NCBI GenBank assembly: GCA_004524535.1
Contig: SDNY01000008.1
Coordinates: 6,314 to 26,313 of the forward strand
Direction: 5' to 3'
Origin: Promethearchaeota archaeon
GTDB lineage: Archaea > Asgardarchaeota > Lokiarchaeia > Sigyniarchaeales > SOKP01
DNA: 20,000 bases
A program made the translations under genes and the position numbers. Numbering within the stretch: position 1 is the stretch's first letter; each line of letters begins with the position of its first letter. Below are positions 8,947-16,728 of this stretch, in pieces. The notes under the pieces were generated by a model that was not told the origin of the DNA, did no database searches, and saw only the letters and a program-made list of their open reading frames with translations.

Positions 8947-9213
8947 TTTTAATTTTTTCTATTCAACTATATTTAATTAAAGACTAAATTATCGCTAAAT
9001 TGATTAAATTAATAATTGGATCTTATTTTAATAATTCTCATTTATAAATTATATTTCTTTAAATAAATTATTGTTTTTTTTCAATCATAATTATTAATAA
9101 AAGTATATAAAAAATTTCATTATAAACTATGAATATTTAATTAAAATTCTCATTATAAAAAGCATAGTTCTAAAAAATATTCAGAAATTTTAACCGAATT
9201 ATGGACACATTAA

Positions 9214-9669
9214 TTAAACTCTTTCAATACAGAGATATTTCTTTTGCCTTAAAAAAATAACATTAACATTTGAATTTTTGGCTTTTTTACGTAATTCTGA
9301 ATCATTAGTGGCTAGAAAAACATGACTATATTCTTTTTTTAATCTAATACACCATTTTAATAGAAATTCATCTGTGGTTTCCTTATCATTCTTAATCTCG
9401 TCAATGAAATAAATAGGATATACTTTTTCGTTTTTTTCTAAATAATTCATTCCGCCTTTTAACTGTCGATTAAATTTTCTAGCTTTTGTTTCTCTGATTA
9501 TCTTTGCGTTTAATTCGTCTAAAATTTGTTTGAATACATAAAATCTCGTTTTTCCCTCTAATTTCAAATAAATATCATTTAAATAATCAATTTTAAATTG
9601 GAAAGGTAGGAGTATAAAATTAGAGTCGATTATGATTATATTAATATTTTTCAAGTTCTTGGAATTCAA
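9214..9669 (-). CDS. PIN-domain nuclease-like protein (Fcf1/VapC9-type)
   Basis: 'NIIIIDSNFILLPFQFKIDYLNDI', 'FYVFKQILDELNA', 'TTDEFLLKWC', 'HVFLATNDSELRKKAKNSNVNVIFLRQKKYL' match the acidic PIN signature. TTG start overlaps the upstream GTPase stop (TTGA). Confidence 0.8.
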   Translation of the reverse strand: MNSKNLKNINIIIIDSNFILLPFQFKIDYLNDIYLKLEGKTRFYVFKQILDELNAKIIRETKARKFNRQLKGGMNYLEKNEKVYPIYFIDEIKNDKETTDEFLLKWCIRLKKEYSHVFLATNDSELRKKAKNSNVNVIFLRQKKYLCIERV

Positions 9670-10187
9670 TATGTTTGTCGGTCTAAGATCGTTCTTGTTA
9701 TTAATTCAAAAGATTCAAAAACATTTTCACCTGATTTTGAAGAAATTTTCAAGTAATCAAAGAGATTAAATTTTTCTTTAAATTGTAACGCATAATCATC
9801 ATCAACCATTACGTCATTTGCAAGGTCGAGTTTTGTTCCTAAAAAAAGAATCGGTAGGTTACTGTCACTTCTACGTACAATATTAACCCATTGTTGTAAG
9901 TTCTCTAACGTCATAGGTCGTGTTAGATCAAACATTAATAAGGCACCTTTTGCTCCTAAAACATAACTTTCTAATAAGAAGCGGAACCTTTCTTGCCCCC
10001 CAAAGTCCCATAATTGAAGAGTGCATTGTTTTCCATCAACTTCGATTTCTTTTAAGAAAAACTCGACACCTATAGTCATTTTCGTTTCTGCTGAGAATTG
10101 GCCTTCCACATACCTATGAAGCAAAGTTGTCTTCCCAACACCGCCTTCACCTGCTGTTAGAATCTTTAAAATAAACTTTTTGGGCAA
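9666..10187 (-). CDS. Ras-superfamily small GTPase, paralog of 8419-8946
   Basis: G1 'GEGGVGKTT', 'TKMTIGVEF', 'WDFGGQERFR', 'LGTKLDL', 'SSKSG'; start codon is TTG. Confidence 0.95.
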   Translation of the reverse strand: MPKKFILKILTAGEGGVGKTTLLHRYVEGQFSAETKMTIGVEFFLKEIEVDGKQCTLQLWDFGGQERFRFLLESYVLGAKGALLMFDLTRPMTLENLQQWVNIVRRSDSNLPILFLGTKLDLANDVMVDDDYALQFKEKFNLFDYLKISSKSGENVFESFELITRTILDRQTY

Positions 10188-10578
10188 TCTCTTTCACCAA
10201 TTCTTTATTTCGGAGTCATTTTTTTATTGAATAAGAAATTTAAAATTAATTTTTCATTAAATTATATTTTCAATATAAATAATTTTTATCTTACTTCTTT
10301 TATATTCTTAATTCACTATACTTTTAATTTATCTTAATTGTAAATATAATTTTATATTTTTGATTTTTTTTGTTTTTTATTTCTTAAATAAAACTTATCA
10401 CTATTAAACATATTTTTTTGATAGATTGAAATTAAGCACAAAAAATTGAACCTATTAATTGCAAAATTTTAATCCAGTGATGTAATTTCTAAAGGTTCTT
10501 AACTCTATAAATATTTATTTAGCAATAACTTATACTTAATTATCTCTAACTTAATTAATATAAGTAAATTCTTAGAAT

Positions 10579-10584
10579 AGGTGG
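10579..10584 (+). promoter_or_regulatory. Shine-Dalgarno-like AGGTGG upstream of the cupin_3 gene
   Basis: AGGTGG ends 7 nt before the ATG at 10592. Confidence 0.45.
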
Positions 10585-10591
10585 TTAAATA

Positions 10592-10885
10592 ATGAAAATG
10601 AAGAAGAAAATCCCATCTGAAGAGCAATTAAAGAAATTAAATGTGAACTCATGGGGTACTTGGAGTAAAGAAGTAAGCGAATTCGATTGGTCTTACGGTG
10701 ATACAGAAACGTGTTATATTTTAGATGGAGAAGTAGAAGTAACAGATTCAGATTCGGGGGAAAAAATCGAATTCAAGAAAGGGGATTTAGTGCAATTTGA
10801 AAAGGGATTAAAATGTATCTGGAACGTTAAAAAACCAGTCCGAAAGCATTTTAACTTTAATTTAGATTTTGGAGAAATAGACTAA
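10592..10885 (+). CDS. Small cupin (cupin_3/EutQ-like) protein
   Basis: 'WGTWSKEVSEFDWSYGDTETCYILDGEVEVTDSDSGEKIEFKKGDLVQFEKGLKCIWNV' is typical of the cupin_3 family. Confidence 0.85.
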   Translation: MKMKKKIPSEEQLKKLNVNSWGTWSKEVSEFDWSYGDTETCYILDGEVEVTDSDSGEKIEFKKGDLVQFEKGLKCIWNVKKPVRKHFNFNLDFGEID

Positions 10886-10936
10886 ATTTAAATTTTTTAT
10901 TTTTATTCTTTTTTATATTCAACGTGAATTAATATT

Positions 10937-13132
10937 ATGGTTATTAAAAAGTTTAGTTGCCCTACTTGTAATGCTGGATGTGGATTATTAGTTGAAGTAA
11001 ATAATAATAAAATCCTTTCTGTAAAACCTGATCCTAATTATCCATTAAGTGGCGGATTTTGTTGTCCAAAAGGGATTGCTTTAGGTGATATTACTAATGA
11101 TAAAGATCGTATTCTAAAACCTCTAATACGTTCTGGTAATACCTTTCATGAAATTTCTTGGAAAAAAGCAATTCACGAAATTGCTGCGAAACTCACCAAT
11201 ATTCGAAACAAATATTCCCCACATTCTATAGCATATTATATGGGAACGAATTCATTACACCAATACGCCCATAGTATGTTCGCCAAAGGCTTTATGGATG
11301 CAATTGGTAGTAAAAATATGTTTAACGCCGGATCTGTAGATGATAACAACAAATTTGTTGCACAGTATTTTCTATATGGAAATTCAATAATAATGCCTAT
11401 TCCGGATATACCTAAAACAGATTTATTAATTCTAATCGGCACTAATCCAGCAGTGACAAATTTGAGTTTAGTAACATGTTCAAATGTTCTCAAAGTAATG
11501 AAAGGAATTAAAGATAGAGGGGGAGAAATATATATAATCGACCCGCGTAGAAATGAAACTGCAAAAATTCTCACAAAAAAGAATGATGGACATCACATCC
11601 CAATTTTTCCAGATACAGATATATATTTTCTCTTATCAATGATTAATGTCATTCTGTCAGAGAATTTAGAGGATAAAAATTATCTTAATCGAAATAGTTC
11701 TAATTATGAAAATTTAAGGGAACTCGTTAAATTTTTTACTCCTAAACTTGCCGAGAAAATTTGTAAAATACCTTCCGAGACGATTTATGAACTTTCTCGA
11801 AAATTCGCAAAAACTAAGAAAGCGGTTATCTATGGAAGGTTGGGGACCTGCTTATCTACATTTAGCACTCTAAATGCTTGGGCAATTGATGTTTTAAATA
11901 TCATTGCTGGTAAACTAGACAGACCAGGCGGAGCGATTTTTGGAAAAAATGTAATCAATATAGCGAATTTAGGAAAAATAGTAGGTATGGGTGCTTTTGA
12001 TACTTACAGGAGTCGTATTGGAAATTATCCGGAGGTTATGGGTGCGTTTCCTCTCAGTGTTTTAGCCAGAGAGATTTTAATTGAAAAAAATCCTGTTAGA
12101 GCATTAATTATTTCGGGAGGAAATCCAATTTTAAGTGCTCCTAATTCAAACGAGTTTAGAAGAGCTTTAGAAAAACTAGAATTATGTATTATTCTAGACT
12201 TTTATAATAATGAAACAGCAGAATTCGCTGCGAATTATATACTACCTACGAGAACCCCGATGGAGAATTCTAACACTCCGGTGTATCACCTTAATTATCA
12301 AATTTTTCCACATGTGGAATACAATCATGCTCTCATTACCCCTGATAAGCATGGTCCAAAAGCAGAATGGGAAATTCTTTTGAGTTTATCAAGATTGATG
12401 AAAGTTCCGATGTTTGGAAATCGTATTTTAAATTTAATTCCAAAAATTTATAAGCTTTTTAGGAAAGAGTTTCATCCCGAATTTTTTATAAAATTATTTC
12501 TGTTTCTCGGGCAAGTGATCGAAAAAAAAATTCCGCACTTAAGTTCTGGAACATTAAGCGTTAAGAAATTAAGGAATAATGAAACAATATTATTAGGAGA
12601 TAATGAATATGGAGTTCTCAAGAAATATATCCAAACAAAAAACAAAAAAATTACTTTATTAAATCCTTTAATCGAGGAACAAATAAAATTGTGTAAAAAC
12701 TCATATAATAAAAAAATTGAGGATATAAAACGTATTGAGGCTCAAATCAACGAGTTTGTAGTTATTGGTAGGCGTAATCTGAAGACCATGAATTCCTGGA
12801 TGCACAATATTGAAAAATTATGGCGAAATAAACAAGAACCTCAATTATTAATAAATTCTCAAGACGCCACTCGATTGAATTTAATTGAACACGATTTAGT
12901 GATTCTTCAAAACGAATTTGGTTCTATTAAAATTCCAGTGTCCCCCACTGATGATATAATGTCTGGAGTTGTATGTTATCCTCACGGTTGGGGACATAAG
13001 AACTCATATCTTTCTTATGCTAATCAGCATCCAGGTGAAAACATCAATGTTTTAACCAATTCATCCAAATTAGATAAATTATCTGGTATGCCCGTATTAA
13101 ATGGATATAAGGTTTTTCTAAAAAAAATTTAA
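10937..13132 (+). CDS. Molybdopterin (bis-PGD, Mo/W) oxidoreductase catalytic subunit with N-terminal 4Fe-4S site
   Basis: 'CPTCNAGCGLLVEV...GGFCCPKG' Fe4S4 motif, 'DLLILIGTNPAVT', 'IYIIDPRRNETAK', 'GKLDRPGGAIFG', 'ALIISGGNPILSAPNS', 'NYILPTRTPMENSNT', C-terminal MopB-like 'LVILQNEFGSIKIPVSPTDDIMSGVVCYPHGWG'. Confidence 0.9.
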   Translation: MVIKKFSCPTCNAGCGLLVEVNNNKILSVKPDPNYPLSGGFCCPKGIALGDITNDKDRILKPLIRSGNTFHEISWKKAIHEIAAKLTNIRNKYSPHSIAYYMGTNSLHQYAHSMFAKGFMDAIGSKNMFNAGSVDDNNKFVAQYFLYGNSIIMPIPDIPKTDLLILIGTNPAVTNLSLVTCSNVLKVMKGIKDRGGEIYIIDPRRNETAKILTKKNDGHHIPIFPDTDIYFLLSMINVILSENLEDKNYLNRNSSNYENLRELVKFFTPKLAEKICKIPSETIYELSRKFAKTKKAVIYGRLGTCLSTFSTLNAWAIDVLNIIAGKLDRPGGAIFGKNVINIANLGKIVGMGAFDTYRSRIGNYPEVMGAFPLSVLAREILIEKNPVRALIISGGNPILSAPNSNEFRRALEKLELCIILDFYNNETAEFAANYILPTRTPMENSNTPVYHLNYQIFPHVEYNHALITPDKHGPKAEWEILLSLSRLMKVPMFGNRILNLIPKIYKLFRKEFHPEFFIKLFLFLGQVIEKKIPHLSSGTLSVKKLRNNETILLGDNEYGVLKKYIQTKNKKITLLNPLIEEQIKLCKNSYNKKIEDIKRIEAQINEFVVIGRRNLKTMNSWMHNIEKLWRNKQEPQLLINSQDATRLNLIEHDLVILQNEFGSIKIPVSPTDDIMSGVVCYPHGWGHKNSYLSYANQHPGENINVLTNSSKLDKLSGMPVLNGYKVFLKKI

Positions 13133-13161
13133 TAATAATTAAAGGAATTTTTATAAAGAGT

Positions 13162-13737
13162 CTATAAATTCTGAAATCGCTCCCTTTCTTTCCGTTCTTT
13201 CACAGAAATTTCCCTTTTACTAAGTTTTTCATATTTAATTAATGCATCCTCAATAGCCTTTACTTCTGCTCTTGTTTCAATATTAAATTCTTTAAGATTT
13301 TCGAGAATTTCTTTATCTCCTAAACCTTTATGATACAATTCTTTAAATTTCTCAATAGTATTCTTATGATAAAAAATATAACATCTATTAAAAAATAAAA
13401 TTAGCCAAGTTTTTTCCTTCTTTTTAGTCTGTTTTTGCGACAATTCAAACATTTTGTCTTGGACAGATCGCAAAGAACGACCAAGTTTTTTCGCAATAGT
13501 TTTATCTTCGACCCTGTAATACTTCTTCATAAATCTTTTTAATTTTTTCGATTTAAAAAATCTCCATATATACGATAAAATAAGCAACGCCATAGCAATA
13601 ATTGTTACGACAATTGCGGGCGTAAGATTTTCTGCGATGACCCAGCCAGCATAAGCAATTATAATGATAATTAAAATCAGGAATATGAACCATTTTCTTC
13701 CAATTGATTTGAAAAATATTCTTATTTTACTAGGCAT
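13162..13737 (-). CDS. Membrane protein with N-terminal two-TM hairpin and cytoplasmic HTH/SANT-like region (hypothetical)
   Basis: 'WFIFLILIIIIIAYAGWVIA' and 'AIVVTIIAMALLILSYIW' TM segments, then 'YYRVEDKTIAKKLGRSLRSVQDKMFEL' HTH-like pattern; ATG start. Confidence 0.55.
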   Translation of the reverse strand: MPSKIRIFFKSIGRKWFIFLILIIIIIAYAGWVIAENLTPAIVVTIIAMALLILSYIWRFFKSKKLKRFMKKYYRVEDKTIAKKLGRSLRSVQDKMFELSQKQTKKKEKTWLILFFNRCYIFYHKNTIEKFKELYHKGLGDKEILENLKEFNIETRAEVKAIEDALIKYEKLSKREISVKERKERERFQNL

Positions 13738-13800
13738 GATTGAAAAAAGTGATGGAATAAATTAAAATAATTATAATATTTACCACAAAAGTTAAAGCGC

Positions 13801-13951
13801 TTCCGGGTTCGGATGGGACCGGGTATTTTCCAAGATTCCCATGACCGTAAACGAATCTTTGCTTGCGGCGCGAAGCGCGCAATCAATTTACAGTTTGACA
13901 GTTCCCACAGATCGCAACTGCAGTACTATTGTCAACGAAATCAAGTTTAAC
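13801..13951 (-). rRNA. Circularly permuted 5S rRNA gene: 3' half (13951-13887), hairpin linker (13886-13852), 5' half (13851-13801)
   Basis: Minus strand reads GUUAAACUUGAUUUCGUUGACAAUAGUACUGCAGUUGCGAUCUGUGGGAACUGUCAAACUGUAAA, then linker, then UUUACGGUCAUGGGAAUCUUGGAAAAUACCCGGUCCCAUCCGAACCCGGAA. Re-ordered it is a ~116-nt archaeal 5S. Helix I UUUACGG/CUGUAAA (7 bp), helix III CCGG/CCGG, helix IV CUGCAG/CUGUGG, helix V UUGACA/UGUCAA. Confidence 0.88.
13863..13882 (-). other. Linker hairpin joining the natural 3' and 5' ends of the 5S rRNA
   Basis: UUGCGCGC-UUC-GCGC(C)GCAA: 8 bp with one bulged C, in an otherwise AT-rich region. Confidence 0.75.
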
Positions 13952-14103
13952 TTCCGGCGCGTGCCTAATTGCCACCAACTTTTATGGCTGTATCCGTAAT
14001 ATAGCAGCATTTTACTATTTCATAATAAATGCTTGCTTATATGATTTAGACTAAAAATGGTAATAAAGGTTAATAATTAAATTTTTTCAAAAAAAGATCA
14101 AAC

Positions 14104-16254
14104 TTAAAAGGAATCGTTTCGTGAGTGTAATAATTTATACTTATAATTCTTATACCCTTTGTAGGTTATAAAAATCGAAATCCCTGTTATACTTATAATA
14201 GCTATTGACATTGTAATAAGGATATAATCCATCATTGGCGTGGGTATTGTAAATTCAAAGCTATCATCATCTAAGATATGATAATTGTCAGCCCAATCTC
14301 TTGCTACTATTAAAAATGAGTATTTACCCGGATCTAAATTATGAATCGTGTGTTTAAACAAATTATCTTCATCACCCCTAAAGCTATTTAACATTCTGTA
14401 ATATGAATATTCATCAAAATCATCGTCATCTTCAGATTGTAATAAAAATACGCTTTCAAGACCCGATTGTAAGTCATATGCGTTGACCTCAAAACAAACA
14501 TCATCATAAACCGTAGGTTCATCAGGACTACAATCTTCATCGCTAATTTCTGGTACTAAATTGTCCGGAAGTGTTGAAAAATTAAAGTACGAGGGAATTA
14601 AATTATGCCCTGTTATTGTCACATTATATTTTTCACCCGCTTGAGCGGGAAGGCGAAAATTGACTTTTCCATTAATATCAGCGTATGCTGTATAATATTT
14701 TCCATCTTCAGTTCTCAGATGTACTCGTGCGTAAGGAACCGCAATACCGTTATCATTCTTAATTACTGTTGAAACCATTTGTGCCTCGAAAAAATTTCCT
14801 TTAAAGGGATTTGATGCATTTATTGGAACACCAGTATAAATATCAACTTCTGGATCTCCTAAAAGACAATAAGTTAAAACATTCTTACGCTGCCATTCTT
14901 CGTTCATTGTTGCTTCACCTCTTTCAAAATAATCACTATTCATATATGCAACTTTCGAGTCATATAACGCTCTCCCTTGTTGGAATTTTTTATTTTGAAA
15001 AAATTCCTCCCAAAATAACTTGGCATTTCCACGATTCAATTTTTCAAGATAAGTATCATCATCATAATAAAATGTTATTCTTAGAGCACCTACTACTCCT
15101 ATAGCTCCCGCATTAGATACATTTATTAAGATTTCAGCTAAATTGTTGTCATTTTTGTCATATGATGCTGTTTCACAAGCATCAAGATAAACTAAAGAAG
15201 GCATATTAATATTACCACAATTCTCAGCATCATTAGTATCATACATTGTAACTTTTGTTGGAGAAAGCCTACTATAAACATCATAATTGTCACCATGCCC
15301 AGCCATTATAACTGTCGAATATCCAGCAGTCATGTTTTGACTTACCTTTGCTTGAGTTAGATCTTCAAAAGGTTCAATAGGTATAAATTTAGAAGGTTCT
15401 GAAGGATAATATTTACCAGTATAATCACATAGATGTGTAAAATTCATGAAAAAGTGTGTATATTGTTGCCAAATGTATTGAGTAAGGCGACCTTCATCTT
15501 CATAATCATTTAAATTTGTAGGAGAGGGATCTGAGATTCCACCTGCTAAAAGCATCCTATTCATCCATTCACCAATAAAAGGATCTGTTTCATATTTTAA
15601 TGTTTTATTAACCATCAGTTCAAGTTCATAAGCATCATTTGCGGGTAATCGCCCCACATAAACTTCTGGTGTCCAATCAATCTCGTCTATTCCCCCCGTA
15701 TAAATTGGTGATTCGCCCCATTTTCCATTATTATTATTATCCCAGCTGCCGGTTAAATCTGCGTAATAAAAATCAGTTGGTTTATTATCTGGTTCACCGC
15801 TAGGATCAGGATTGTATACATATCTAATAGGAATTAAATCATCATTCGAATCGTCTTTTATATCACCACATAAAAGAACCCATCGAATATTATCTCTCTC
15901 ATAATAATATTTTATCTTATTTCGAATCTCTTCAGCATTGCTGCTAACATTTAAAATAACTGTTTTTACACCTTTTTCATTTTTCCATTCCATTAGGGGC
16001 TTTACAGCTTCATAAAAATCAGGTTTACCTTCAGGCACAATAATAAGCATTTCGATTTTAGGATTGTACCAATTATAGTTTAGAGAATAGTAATCTATTT
16101 GTGGTAATTCAGACAAATCTATGTCTGGAACATCATCAGCAACTACATTGGTAGGAGTTAAATTTGTATCTCCAAATATGTAGTAATTAATTCCTGAAAA
16201 TGGGATTAAAGTTAAAATAATGATAGACAAAAACGCTGTCTTTTTAGATATCAT
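14104..16254 (-). CDS. Secreted/membrane-anchored gingipain-like C25 family cysteine peptidase
   Basis: N-terminal signal/TM; 'MLIIVPEGKPDFYEAVKPLMEWKNEKG', 'WVLLCGDI', 'PEVYVGRLPA', catalytic-type 'VIMAGHGD' and 'LVYLDACET', 'YCLLGDPEVDIYT'; Ig-like tail and C-terminal TM. Confidence 0.88.
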   Translation of the reverse strand: MISKKTAFLSIIILTLIPFSGINYYIFGDTNLTPTNVVADDVPDIDLSELPQIDYYSLNYNWYNPKIEMLIIVPEGKPDFYEAVKPLMEWKNEKGVKTVILNVSSNAEEIRNKIKYYYERDNIRWVLLCGDIKDDSNDDLIPIRYVYNPDPSGEPDNKPTDFYYADLTGSWDNNNNGKWGESPIYTGGIDEIDWTPEVYVGRLPANDAYELELMVNKTLKYETDPFIGEWMNRMLLAGGISDPSPTNLNDYEDEGRLTQYIWQQYTHFFMNFTHLCDYTGKYYPSEPSKFIPIEPFEDLTQAKVSQNMTAGYSTVIMAGHGDNYDVYSRLSPTKVTMYDTNDAENCGNINMPSLVYLDACETASYDKNDNNLAEILINVSNAGAIGVVGALRITFYYDDDTYLEKLNRGNAKLFWEEFFQNKKFQQGRALYDSKVAYMNSDYFERGEATMNEEWQRKNVLTYCLLGDPEVDIYTGVPINASNPFKGNFFEAQMVSTVIKNDNGIAVPYARVHLRTEDGKYYTAYADINGKVNFRLPAQAGEKYNVTITGHNLIPSYFNFSTLPDNLVPEISDEDCSPDEPTVYDDVCFEVNAYDLQSGLESVFLLQSEDDDDFDEYSYYRMLNSFRGDEDNLFKHTIHNLDPGKYSFLIVARDWADNYHILDDDSFEFTIPTPMMDYILITMSIAIISITGISIFITYKGYKNYKYKLLHSRNDSF

Positions 16255-16354
16255 TATAAATAATGAAAGAGTTTTTTGATATATATTTATTTAAGGAATA
16301 AGATTTTAAAAATAAGAATATATTTGTTATATAAAATAAAAGAACTGGTTTTAT

Positions 16355-16594
16355 ATGCCTCTTAAATTTAATACCTGTCCTCATTGTAATAAAAAGATTT
16401 CATTTAAAATTGAGATGGACGATTTTGATCCAAGTCATTATCCAGCTCCCGTCTATATTCATCATAAAGATGAATCTTGTAATAAATTTTCAACATTTTA
16501 TTTTGACAGTAAATTTCGGGTTTCATATAAAGAACTGGAAAAAAAAAAATCATTAACGGGTCGAGAGATAAAAACTATAAAAACGATACAATAG
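16355..16594 (+). CDS. Small zinc-ribbon-like protein
   Basis: 'CPHCNKKISFKIEMDD...YIHHKDESCNKFSTFYFD'; ATG start, 79 aa. Confidence 0.55.
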   Translation: MPLKFNTCPHCNKKISFKIEMDDFDPSHYPAPVYIHHKDESCNKFSTFYFDSKFRVSYKELEKKKSLTGREIKTIKTIQ

Positions 16595-16728
16595 TTTTAT
16601 ACCCAAAGTATTGAATAAATCCCGTAATTATTGATTAATTTAATAATTAATACTTTCTTAATTTTAATTAGGGAAACTAGAACAGTACTTATAATACTAT
16701 AAATAAATTACTTTAGATTATAGAACTC

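Larger units (their letters stand above)
13783..13987 (-). promoter_or_regulatory. Precursor processing stem with bulge-helix-bulge-like motif bracketing the permuted 5S rRNA
   Basis: Leader CCAUAAAAGUU (13987-13977) is perfectly complementary to trailer AACUUUUGUGG (13793-13783). GCG (13960-13958) pairs with CGC (13799-13797). CCGG (13957-13954) pairs with CCGG (13806-13803), with AAG directly 3' of CCGG on both strands. Confidence 0.68.

Noticed and set aside
10190-10580. Possible ncRNA or CRISPR-like array in the long divergent intergenic region
   Set aside because: Only AT-rich low-complexity sequence seen; no regular repeats, tRNA T-loop or stable GC hairpin. Probably a divergent promoter region.
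11236-11574. Minus-strand 112-aa ORF
   Set aside because: Antisense to the molybdopterin oxidoreductase; no recognisable domain.
13783-13987. Simple terminator or inverted repeat of a mobile element
   Set aside because: The repeats enclose a complete re-orderable 5S rRNA with a BHB-compatible junction; no transposase or other mobile gene is present.
13990-14005. Short TTACGGATA on the minus strand, resembling UUACGGUCAU, as a possible second 5S 5' half
   Set aside because: Only a few bases match; the diagnostic ACCCGGUCCCAUCC...GAACCCGGAAG block is absent, so there is no second 5' half.
14811-15104. Plus-strand 97-aa ORF with low-complexity Leu/His
   Set aside because: Antisense shadow of the C25 peptidase gene.
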